From contig JAWCRZ010000002.1 in NCBI GenBank assembly GCA_038868995.1, positions 24,726 to 88,725 of the forward strand: a DNA stretch of 64,000 nucleotides. Direction: 5' to 3'. The number at the start of each line of letters is the position of its first letter. The first letter of the stretch is position 1. The notes under the pieces are model-generated. The model was not told where the DNA came from. It saw nothing but the letters and a program-made list of their open reading frames with translations, and did not search any database. The position numbers and the translations under genes are program-made. The stretch comes from Candidatus Woesearchaeota archaeon. Lineage in GTDB: Archaea; Nanobdellota; Nanobdellia; Woesearchaeales; ARS49. Below are positions 56,048 to 64,000 of the stretch, piece by piece.

Positions 56048-57114
56048 GAATTGCAATTATTGCTGATGTGCTTGACAGGAATAATGCTGGCATCAGCCAG
56101 TACGCGCGACAGCTCATCATGCATCTGAAAAGGTGGCATGAGCTGACTGTTGTTCACGTGAAAAAATCAGATGACCCTGTATTTGAAGGCACTCGCGAGA
56201 TTATCGTGCCGCGCTTTTTCTCGTCTCCAAGCCTGCTCCGGCTTTTTGTCAACCTGTTCCTTCGCAATCTTGACGTCGACATTATTCACCATCCTTCAAC
56301 GTTGGGCGCTTTTGCCCTGCCGATGCGCCAGAAGCTTGTCCAGACGGTTTTTGACGTGATTCCTTTGAAGCTTCCAAAGACGCGCACTTGGTGGAATGGA
56401 TTTCTGTATCGGTTTCTGGCAAAGCCGTCTATCAGGAATGCTGATGCAATCATAACCATAAGCAATAACTCTAAAAAAGATATTTGTGAGATGCTGCATG
56501 TTCCGGAGGAAAAAATCTTCATTACGCCCCTTGCATCTATGTATTCCGTTCCAACACGTGCGGATGTTGAGAAAGTTCAAAAGCGCCATGGCATCTCTTA
56601 TCCTTATTTTATTTATGTGGGCACGTTTGAGCCACGTAAAAATATAGTGCGGATGCTTGATGCGTTTGCGCTGTCAGGGCTGCCTCACCATTTTCTGCTT
56701 GTTGGCAGCCGTGGATGGAAGGATGAGCATGTTTTCCGGAAGGCGGCAGGCATGAAAAACGTGCACGTTTTGTCAGGTGTTCCAAACGAGGACTTGCCCG
56801 CTTTGTATGCCGGCGCTGCCGCATTGGTGTACGTTTCGTTGTACGAAGGCTTTGGCCTGCCTGTTGTCGAGGCGATGTCTTGCGGCTGTCCGGTTATTTC
56901 CAGCTGTACGTCAAGCTTGCCGGAAGTTGGGGGCTCTGCTGCATTGTACGTCGACCCGTATCACGTTGGCTGCATTGCCCGTGCAATGAAGATGGCGGTG
57001 AAAAGACGGGCGGTGCTTTCAAAAAAGGGCCAGCGCCAGGCGAAAAAGTTTTCTTGGGAGCGCACGGCACGGCTGACTGAGCAGGTATATCGTTCGCTTT
57101 ATAGAAATCAATAA
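56044..57114 (+). CDS. GT4 glycosyltransferase
   Basis: GTFEPRKN, EGFGLPVVEAM. Confidence 0.92.
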   Translation: MRIAIIADVLDRNNAGISQYARQLIMHLKRWHELTVVHVKKSDDPVFEGTREIIVPRFFSSPSLLRLFVNLFLRNLDVDIIHHPSTLGAFALPMRQKLVQTVFDVIPLKLPKTRTWWNGFLYRFLAKPSIRNADAIITISNNSKKDICEMLHVPEEKIFITPLASMYSVPTRADVEKVQKRHGISYPYFIYVGTFEPRKNIVRMLDAFALSGLPHHFLLVGSRGWKDEHVFRKAAGMKNVHVLSGVPNEDLPALYAGAAALVYVSLYEGFGLPVVEAMSCGCPVISSCTSSLPEVGGSAALYVDPYHVGCIARAMKMAVKRRAVLSKKGQRQAKKFSWERTARLTEQVYRSLYRNQ

Positions 57115-57130
57115 AAAAGGGTGGTTCTTC

Positions 57131-57550
57131 ATGTGCAGCATGAAGGCATCAGAATTGCTTGAATATTTGGGCGTTTCTTTTGTGGTTGTTCTGATTGTAG
57201 CTGCACTGAGTTTTCTGTTCAAAAGCGTGAACAATTACTTTCTGACGCGCATGGGTGGTATTCTGATAAAGATAGCGGCGGTGATTTTGGGGATTATGTT
57301 GTTGGTATGGCTTTCAGAGCTGGCACACTCTCGTGCCAAAACAGTGGCAAAATTCATTTTTTTGAAACGGCTGCTTTCGAGCGTTTGGAGCAGGCGCGTG
57401 CTGGTTGTCTGCTGGGGCGCGGTGTGCGGCGCCGGCATTTTCATATATTTCTATCCTCTAATTGCCTCATTCAGCTGGCTGACTTGGTTTTTTGCTGCTC
57501 TGCTTGTGATGTCTTTTGTTGCTTTGCAGTTGCCATTGAAAACGACTTGA
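57131..57550 (+). CDS. Small membrane protein
   Basis: 139 aa, four hydrophobic segments. Confidence 0.6.
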   Translation: MCSMKASELLEYLGVSFVVVLIVAALSFLFKSVNNYFLTRMGGILIKIAAVILGIMLLVWLSELAHSRAKTVAKFIFLKRLLSSVWSRRVLVVCWGAVCGAGIFIYFYPLIASFSWLTWFFAALLVMSFVALQLPLKTT

Positions 57551-58877
57551 TGGTCATTCCCCTAAATTTTTTTTCTGACTCGACTGGCAGGTATTTGTGA
57601 AGTGTTTTGGAAAGAGTGCCGTCGTCCTGCGCGTGGCTTGAGATTAGCCATATGGTTGTCTGGTTTTCAACAATTTTAGGCACTTCTTCAATGGTTTTTT
57701 TTATGTCAACTATTGGAATATGCTCTGCTTCAATTGTGAAGTATGTCTTGAACGGGTATGATGCGTATCCCCTGTCGTAAATGATTTTCTCTCCTTGGTT
57801 GAATCTTGCTTCAACGTATTCTGCCGCGTCTCTCCATTGGTCTTTTGTGTAAGCGTAGTGCGCCTGTAGTGGTGTGATGCTCAGAAGTATGGCTGCGATG
57901 ACAATAAGTGTTTTCTGAATTCTTGCAAGATATGAAAATCCTCCTCCGGCAAGAAGGTATAATGGCAGGAGCGCAGGCGTGATGTATCTTTCGTGGAAGA
58001 ATGGCCTGTAATATGACAAGATAAATGGAGCTGCTGTCGAGAAAAACAGCCAGGCAACGACAAGGTGTTTTTTGTTGTCGCCTTCGCGGATATATCTGAG
58101 CGTGAGGTAGCCGATGAGCAGTATTCCGATGATTCCGCCTGCCCATTTGGTTATTATGCTGTGCAGCTGGCTTGGCGCAGGCACTCCCAGCCAGAAGTTG
58201 TAAGTGCTTATTTTGGTGAAAGTGCGCTCGAAGTAAGGCAGCCACGGTACAAATAAAATGCCTGCAACAACCTGTGCCCCGATGATTTCCTTGATAAGTT
58301 GTATTTTTTTCCTGAAATTGATGATTGCAAAAAGTGTTTGCGGTGCAATGAAAAAAATCGCATAATAATGTGTGTACAATGCCGGAACTGTCGAGGCAAC
58401 ATACCAGATTAGTTTTTCCCTTTCCGGCTTTTTTAGCCATAAAACAAATGCGTAGTATGAAAGGCAGACGAAGAATACGAAGAAGACGTATGGCCTTGCT
58501 TCTTGCGATGCCCAGATGTGTTTTGCTGACAGTGATAAAAGAAGTGTGGAAAAAAGCGCGCTTTGCACTGAAAACAGTTCTTTTGCAAGAAGGAAAAATA
58601 TTGGCAGCGTTGCAACACCCATAATCGCTGAAAGTATTCTTGCATGCTCCGGCGTGTTGAACGCTTTCATCCAGAAATGCCACAACAGGTGTGACATAGG
58701 CGGCTGCTGGTCGATGTGCATCCAGCGTATTAGCTGGTCCAGTGATGGCTGGTTTGCTATGAACAGCTGTGCTGCCTCATCAAGCCAGATGCTTTGCGTG
58801 AAAAGGTTGTGGAATCTCAGGACGCCTCCCGCGATTATGATTATTGCAAGTATGCTGATTGCGGCGTTTTTTTTCAT
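57471..58877 (-). CDS. GT-C (PMT_2/ArnT-like) glycosyltransferase
   Basis: SIWLDE, QPP, SQEARPY, YTHY, ERY. Confidence 0.85.
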   Translation of the reverse strand: MKKNAAISILAIIIIAGGVLRFHNLFTQSIWLDEAAQLFIANQPSLDQLIRWMHIDQQPPMSHLLWHFWMKAFNTPEHARILSAIMGVATLPIFFLLAKELFSVQSALFSTLLLSLSAKHIWASQEARPYVFFVFFVCLSYYAFVLWLKKPEREKLIWYVASTVPALYTHYYAIFFIAPQTLFAIINFRKKIQLIKEIIGAQVVAGILFVPWLPYFERTFTKISTYNFWLGVPAPSQLHSIITKWAGGIIGILLIGYLTLRYIREGDNKKHLVVAWLFFSTAAPFILSYYRPFFHERYITPALLPLYLLAGGGFSYLARIQKTLIVIAAILLSITPLQAHYAYTKDQWRDAAEYVEARFNQGEKIIYDRGYASYPFKTYFTIEAEHIPIVDIKKTIEEVPKIVENQTTIWLISSHAQDDGTLSKTLHKYLPVESEKKFRGMTIKSFSMATAKQQKTSQAEQQKTKSAS

Positions 58878-59200
58878 TTTTGGTAGGCGTATGCGCCAAT
58901 GTATAGAAGCGCGATCGCGGCAAATTGTGCGCTGGGGTAAATGTAGAATCCAAGAACACTTGCAAAGAGGTTGGGCAGAGGCAGGAGTGCGAGGCTGAGC
59001 AGGATTGCAACTGCAATCCGCTGGATTATGTCTGCTTCTTTCAGGAGGAATATGCTGAGCGCGTAGCCGGGCAGGAACAGGTATGCAAATCCGAGCACGC
59101 TGAACCTGAATGCTTCCCAGAGGGTGAAGTTGGTGAGAGAGAGGAGCAGGGTAATTCCTGCTATAATTCCTGCAATGGTGAGTGCTGTTCGCGTGTTCAT
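58874..59200 (-). CDS. Small membrane protein (DUF1616-like FLPGY motif)
   Basis: LFLPGYAL, four TM helices. Confidence 0.65.
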   Translation of the reverse strand: MNTRTALTIAGIIAGITLLLSLTNFTLWEAFRFSVLGFAYLFLPGYALSIFLLKEADIIQRIAVAILLSLALLPLPNLFASVLGFYIYPSAQFAAIALLYIGAYAYQK

Positions 59201-60795
59201 GTTTGCACCGCCTTGTATAGTCCATTCATTACGTTGCTGGTAAAGTTAAGCTCAAGCCCGCAGGTTGCATTGGTGTATTCCTGCAGGACGTCTGCCGGGG
59301 GTATTTTGGAGCCGGGCACCACGTACACTGGGATGCCTTTCTTGTGCACGCCGCAGAGCATCGATGCAAATGTTTGTGCGTCAAATGGTTTTGACTGCGG
59401 GCTTGCATACGCGGTCATGTTTCTGGTTGGATAAACCCATTTGCCCCAGTAATCCCCAAAGATGAGCGCTTCCGGCTCTGTGACTTTGGCGACTTCTGCC
59501 GGTATTCTTGAAAAGGCGTGTGTTGAGCTGTAGTTGGTGAGCATTCCTTCCTGGGGGTGGAAGAGTATGCTGATGTTGATGACGGCCAGCATAACGAGGA
59601 ATCCCGTCCTGAGAACTCTGTTCCTGAGTGCGAGCGCGTTGAACGTGCAGAGCAGTATTGCAAGTACATACCATCCCATCCAGTATCGCACAAATGATGA
59701 GTGTATGATTGGGATTGGCTTGTCGGATCCGTGGAATCTTCCGCCGCCGAAATAGGCGACTGCCAGAAGCAGGTATGCTGCAAGGAATATGAGGAAGTGC
59801 TTGTGTTTTTTGAGAGCGTCGCGGTATGCGTGGAATGCGATGGCGATGCCGGGGAGCGCGAGAATCCAGAATGGAACGAAGAATCTGAAAATGTAGCGCG
59901 AGGCGCTTTCCCTTATTCGTTCCGGAATGAGCTGGTTTGGAAGAATGTATGCCCTTATCTTGTGTTTCATTTTCTCCCAGAATGTCTCTTTGTGCTCTCC
60001 AACCAATGACATATAGCTTACGTTGAGCGGGTTGCCAAGTATTTTTGCGTTGAAGATTAGCACGGGCGTAAAGAATATGAGCATTATGCAGCCCACTGTC
60101 AGGAATTTGTGGGTTCTTTTCCAGTGTGATGGCTTGGTTATGAAGACAAGCGCAAGTGGCAGCGTTATAAACAACAGGAATTCATAGCGCATCAGTATTG
60201 TTGCCCCAAAGAATATGCCCATCAGTATGTACTGGGGCCATTTGTCTTCCTGAAGCGCTTTCAGCAGATAATAGCTTCCTCCGATGAAAAGTGCAAGCGC
60301 CGGTACGTTGTTGTACATCACTGTACTAAAATACCAGAACGGTGCTGTGAAGAATAGCATTATTGCGCTTATGTATGCGTATTCTTCATTTATTATTTCG
60401 CGGGCAATAAGATAAATAAATAATACTGTAAGAACTCCGAAAATGCTGGTGATGAAGAACATGCTGTTTGGAATAAGCCGTTCAAATAGTCCATAGGTTG
60501 CAGGCATTCCGATAAATCCGGCAGGATATACAGTGCTGTTAACATTTCGCGAGTGCCGAGGTCCGACTCCACCAAAGGTGAGGTCGTTGAGCTGCTCTTC
60601 AAAAGTGAGCAGATAGGTATTCGCGTAGAGTTTGCTGAAGAAGATGTTTGCTGTTTCGTCAGGAGCTCTCCAGTATGGCGGCAAGAAATTGCCGTAGGCG
60701 TAGGTTATAAAGAAAAGTAGCGCGATGGCAAGAAGCATTATCTCTTGCCAGTTCCAATTCAGTTTTTGTATGCTTTTAGTGTTTGTTGTGCGCAT
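59197..60795 (-). CDS. GT-C glycosyltransferase-like membrane protein
   Basis: APDE motif after first TM, many TM helices, RY motifs. Confidence 0.78.
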   Translation of the reverse strand: MRTTNTKSIQKLNWNWQEIMLLAIALLFFITYAYGNFLPPYWRAPDETANIFFSKLYANTYLLTFEEQLNDLTFGGVGPRHSRNVNSTVYPAGFIGMPATYGLFERLIPNSMFFITSIFGVLTVLFIYLIAREIINEEYAYISAIMLFFTAPFWYFSTVMYNNVPALALFIGGSYYLLKALQEDKWPQYILMGIFFGATILMRYEFLLFITLPLALVFITKPSHWKRTHKFLTVGCIMLIFFTPVLIFNAKILGNPLNVSYMSLVGEHKETFWEKMKHKIRAYILPNQLIPERIRESASRYIFRFFVPFWILALPGIAIAFHAYRDALKKHKHFLIFLAAYLLLAVAYFGGGRFHGSDKPIPIIHSSFVRYWMGWYVLAILLCTFNALALRNRVLRTGFLVMLAVINISILFHPQEGMLTNYSSTHAFSRIPAEVAKVTEPEALIFGDYWGKWVYPTRNMTAYASPQSKPFDAQTFASMLCGVHKKGIPVYVVPGSKIPPADVLQEYTNATCGLELNFTSNVMNGLYKAVQT

Positions 60796-61835
60796 TTTTT
60801 CCAGGTGAATTTTCGCGCTTGTTTGAGTCCTTTTGCACGCATAGTTTTTCGTAATTGTTTGTCTGTGAGCACAGCAATGATTCCATTCCTAAGCTCTTCT
60901 ATGTTTCCTTCCGGCAGCAGAAGCGCCGCGTTACCGGTTATTTCTGGTATGCTTGACGTGTTGTACGCTATTGTCGGGCAGCCGCACGCCATTGCTTCAA
61001 GCACTGGAAGTCCGAATCCCTCGTAGCTTGATGGCAGGACAAATGCGTCTGCTATGCTGTAGAATGCCGGCAAATCTTCTTCTGGAATGGTTGGAATTCT
61101 AATCACTCGAGCGTTCAAATTCAGTTTTCTTATGAGGTTTTCGTGCTTTCTTGCATATGCCGGATACGCATTGCCTGCTTTCAATATGCAGTGTTCTGGG
61201 AATTTCTCTTTTATTTGCGCGAATGCACCGAGCAGTTGTGCGTAATTCTTTCTCGGTTCTTCGCTTGAAATGTGAAGTATGAATTTTTTGTCAGGCAAAT
61301 AATATTTTTCTTTTAGCATCTTGCATTCTTTTTTGGTTGCAGGTCTGAACTGTTTGTCAACTCCCAAAGGGATGACTGTTATTTTTTCCGGTCTGATGCG
61401 CAGGTGATTGATAAGGTCTTTTTTTGTGTTTTCAGAGTCAGCAAGTATGTGTCGTGCTTGTTTTATCCCTGAATAAAGAAATTGCTGTTGCAGCCATTCA
61501 GTAAGGTTGCGTGGTAATATGCGCCTGACTATGTCGTGGCATGTTATTATTTTGGGATGCAGGCGTGCATATGAGAAGTCCTGCATGCTTATGTGGTATA
61601 CATCATACTTTTTTGGGATGTGTTTTATTGCCGCCAGATTGAACGCGAATCTCCGCTTGAATGGCGCTCTGACTGATATTTCAGTCATTCCATTGCGTGT
61701 GTGACATTCTATTTTGCTTTTTTCAAAATTTAGATAATAATAATCAATGCTGTTCTTCAGATGCATAAAGAGGTTGTGTGCGTATTTGCCCACGCCTGTG
61801 TATTGCGGCGCTGGATTGATTAAAGCTATTTTCAT
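60759..61835 (-). CDS. GT4 glycosyltransferase
   Basis: EPRKN, EGFGLPVLEAM. Confidence 0.92.
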   Translation of the reverse strand: MKIALINPAPQYTGVGKYAHNLFMHLKNSIDYYYLNFEKSKIECHTRNGMTEISVRAPFKRRFAFNLAAIKHIPKKYDVYHISMQDFSYARLHPKIITCHDIVRRILPRNLTEWLQQQFLYSGIKQARHILADSENTKKDLINHLRIRPEKITVIPLGVDKQFRPATKKECKMLKEKYYLPDKKFILHISSEEPRKNYAQLLGAFAQIKEKFPEHCILKAGNAYPAYARKHENLIRKLNLNARVIRIPTIPEEDLPAFYSIADAFVLPSSYEGFGLPVLEAMACGCPTIAYNTSSIPEITGNAALLLPEGNIEELRNGIIAVLTDKQLRKTMRAKGLKQARKFTWKKCAQQTLKAYKN

Positions 61836-62770
61836 CTGTACTCCATTTTCTTGATGCGGTAGAGCGCCTCCTCAGATACTGTCCTGTTTGCATCTATGGT
61901 ATCTGCAAGCAGTGCAAGCATGATGAGCTGGAACCCTACAATCAGAAATACTGCTGCAGCTATTAATGACTGTATGTGCGCTCCTTGTTCGCCATTCAGC
62001 CAGAATGCAAGATATCTTAGTGAGAAGAAGAAGCCGGGCAGTGATACAAGAATTCCTGCAATCAGGAATACTTTAAGTGGCTTGTAGCGCACGTAGCTTC
62101 TTAGCAGCATGCTTCCCGCGCGTTTTGCGTAACTCCATATGTTTGAGATTAACCGCGAGCTTCCTCCTGTTCTTTTTCTGAATGTGCAGTTTGTCTGGAC
62201 TATGCGAAGCCGCTTGTCAACTGCCTGTATTATTGTCTCTTGCACGTACGTGTAGCTTCCCCTGACTGTAATGCGCAGTGCTGCTTCTCTTGAGAATGCC
62301 CTGAAGCCGGATTGAGCATCTTTGACTGGAAAGCCCGAGACAAGGCGTGTGACAAATGTGGCAATTATGTTGCCGTATTTCTTTCCAAATGGCATATGTT
62401 TGAGTGATAGCACGTTCCTGTTTGTGAGAACAATGTCTGCCCATTTTTCCGCGATTGGCTTTATGACTTTTGGTATTTCCGCGCTGTCATATTGCCCGTC
62501 GCCGTCTATATTTACTACGATGTCCGCGCCGTGTTTCAAGCAGAAATTTAAGCCGTGCTGAAATGTCTGTGCAAGTCCCTGGCGTGTTGGATGCGATAGT
62601 ACGTACGCGCCTGATTCCTTGGCGCGTTGTGCTGTCTTGTCCGTGCTGCCGTCATTGATGACGACTGCTGTTATGCTTTCAATGCCGGGTATGCTGCGCG
62701 GTATTGTTCTTATGACTTGTGCAATAGTTTGTTCTTCGTTATGTGCAGGAATCATGACAAAAAGCCGCAT
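61832..62770 (-). CDS. GT2 polyprenol-phosphate glycosyltransferase (DPM1-like)
   Basis: IPAHNEE, NDGSTD, DGDGQY, DAQSGFRA, two C-terminal TMs. Confidence 0.9.
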   Translation of the reverse strand: MRLFVMIPAHNEEQTIAQVIRTIPRSIPGIESITAVVINDGSTDKTAQRAKESGAYVLSHPTRQGLAQTFQHGLNFCLKHGADIVVNIDGDGQYDSAEIPKVIKPIAEKWADIVLTNRNVLSLKHMPFGKKYGNIIATFVTRLVSGFPVKDAQSGFRAFSREAALRITVRGSYTYVQETIIQAVDKRLRIVQTNCTFRKRTGGSSRLISNIWSYAKRAGSMLLRSYVRYKPLKVFLIAGILVSLPGFFFSLRYLAFWLNGEQGAHIQSLIAAAVFLIVGFQLIMLALLADTIDANRTVSEEALYRIKKMEYR

Positions 62771-62901
62771 AAAGCACCCCGTTTTTTGCTCCCTCAAATC
62801 ACTTATTAAATATTTCGCGAGACCACTATAGAGATACAACTGTACTACCCAAAAATTTAAAAAGGGGGTGAGTATTGTGATGGCAAAAAGGGCTGAACAG
62901 C

Positions 62902-63906
62902 ATGTTTTCAAAAGGGGCATTGAAAAAATACGGCATAAGTATTCTGTTAACGCTTATTATAATCGGCATTGTGTTTCTCATCGGGCCTGCTGCCGCGTTG
63001 ATTCTCTCAATCGATGGCTTGCCTGTTTCGGTCACCGCTCCTGGCTCGTTTATGTTCTTCCTGAATTTTGATATTGGCTCTGGTGAGTTGATTCCGGGCG
63101 GCTTTACAGTCAATATGAATGGCAATACGTGCGAGTTTGACAATGATGCCAACCCGATTGGCGGCTCGTTGTGCCCTCAGATTAACTGTGAGGTTGTGAA
63201 CAAGGGTTCTTCATCATTTGGCATCTTTAATGCGAACGGATTCTTTGACGGCTATGGGTATGGCTATGGCTACAGGTATGGTTATGGTTATGAGAATGGA
63301 GAATTGAGATACAAATGTACGATTACGTTGCCGTGTGGGCTGCAGGGCACTGGATTGACCTTGTCGTTCAGCACTGAGGTTGATGGCATGACGTTCACCT
63401 CTCCGTCGCATTCATTGGCTCTCATCCCCCAGTCGTGCGGAGGAACGTCAGGCGGTGGTGGCGGTGGTGGTCAGGGCTATTGCTGTGAGCCGGTTGTTAA
63501 TTTTGCAAAGTGGCGCTGTTGTCAGAAGGCCTACATTGCGAGAATCCAGTGCTGCGCTCAGCCTCAGCATCCTGACTGTTCAAGATACTGCAAGTTGATG
63601 GAATGTATCAAGCCTTATACCATGGACCCGATTGTTGGAAGATGTGTTCTTGGTTCTCAAAATGAGCCGGGCTTTGGCAATCTTGGTCAGGATAGTGAAG
63701 TAAAATCTACTCCGCAGGATGGTTTTGCAGGCACGGGCCAGTCAACCCAGATGGGTGGCGAGGGAACTGGTGGCTTTGGAGCTGGTTCTCAAGGCGGTTC
63801 TGCCGGCGGTCCTTCGGGCGGTATGAGCTGGGCTACAATCCTTGCAATTATTCTTGTCTTGCTTGGTCTTGGTTTGCTCGCGTGGCTTCTGTCAAGAAGA
63901 AGCTGA
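62902..63906 (+). CDS. Surface protein with (GY)n tract, Gly linkers, Cys cluster and C-terminal TM
   Basis: Signal peptide, GYGYGYGYRYGYGY, poly-Gly, TM plus RRS. Confidence 0.78.
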   Translation: MFSKGALKKYGISILLTLIIIGIVFLIGPAAALILSIDGLPVSVTAPGSFMFFLNFDIGSGELIPGGFTVNMNGNTCEFDNDANPIGGSLCPQINCEVVNKGSSSFGIFNANGFFDGYGYGYGYRYGYGYENGELRYKCTITLPCGLQGTGLTLSFSTEVDGMTFTSPSHSLALIPQSCGGTSGGGGGGGQGYCCEPVVNFAKWRCCQKAYIARIQCCAQPQHPDCSRYCKLMECIKPYTMDPIVGRCVLGSQNEPGFGNLGQDSEVKSTPQDGFAGTGQSTQMGGEGTGGFGAGSQGGSAGGPSGGMSWATILAIILVLLGLGLLAWLLSRRS

Positions 63907-63914
63907 TTTTTTAG

Positions 63915-64000
63915 GGTTAAGTCAACTCTCTGGTGCTGGCCGCGCTGCCTCGACGTTGTCGAGGTGACTTTTCTCTCCCCGCACTTGCAAGGGGGAGAAG
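63915..64000. mobile_element. MITE-like structured element, copy G (cut by window edge)
   Basis: GGTTAAGTCAA end, TGGTGCTGGCCGCGCTG arm, CCTCGAC-GTT-GTCGAGG hairpin. Confidence 0.85.

Noticed and set aside
55681..59225. Long N-terminal extensions of the 477-aa and 584-aa ORFs
   Set aside because: Extensions overlap genuine upstream genes; starts at 56044 and 58877 fit the families

Overview
Archaeal chromosome segment, most consistent with a DPANN (Woesearchaeota-like) genome. Evidence: aIF2-gamma, S17e, Alba, proteasome beta, aCPSF1/FttA, an intron-containing tRNA, TATA-box promoters close to start codons, and many Cys-rich surface proteins. It holds housekeeping genes (argS, proS, mtaB, purD-like, PMM), tRNA-Arg(TCG) with an intron, tRNA-Pro(TGG), a GGDEF protein, a tandem class III cyclase-STAND-TPR protein, several pseudogenes, and a ~21 kb surface-glycan cluster containing cysD/cysN plus three lipoprotein AlkP/sulfatase-like enzymes. 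The most striking unannotated signal is a family of seven related non-coding elements (full-length copies ~125-140 bp). They have GGT...ACC imperfect terminal repeats and, in three copies, 9-bp target duplications. They fold into a four-way junction with compensatory changes, and sit a near-constant 12-15 nt upstream of TATA-box T-runs. Two copies bracket a 3.4 kb argS segment whose split target duplication and reversed strand bias indicate an inversion. All calls were made by eye from the sequence; no searches were run.
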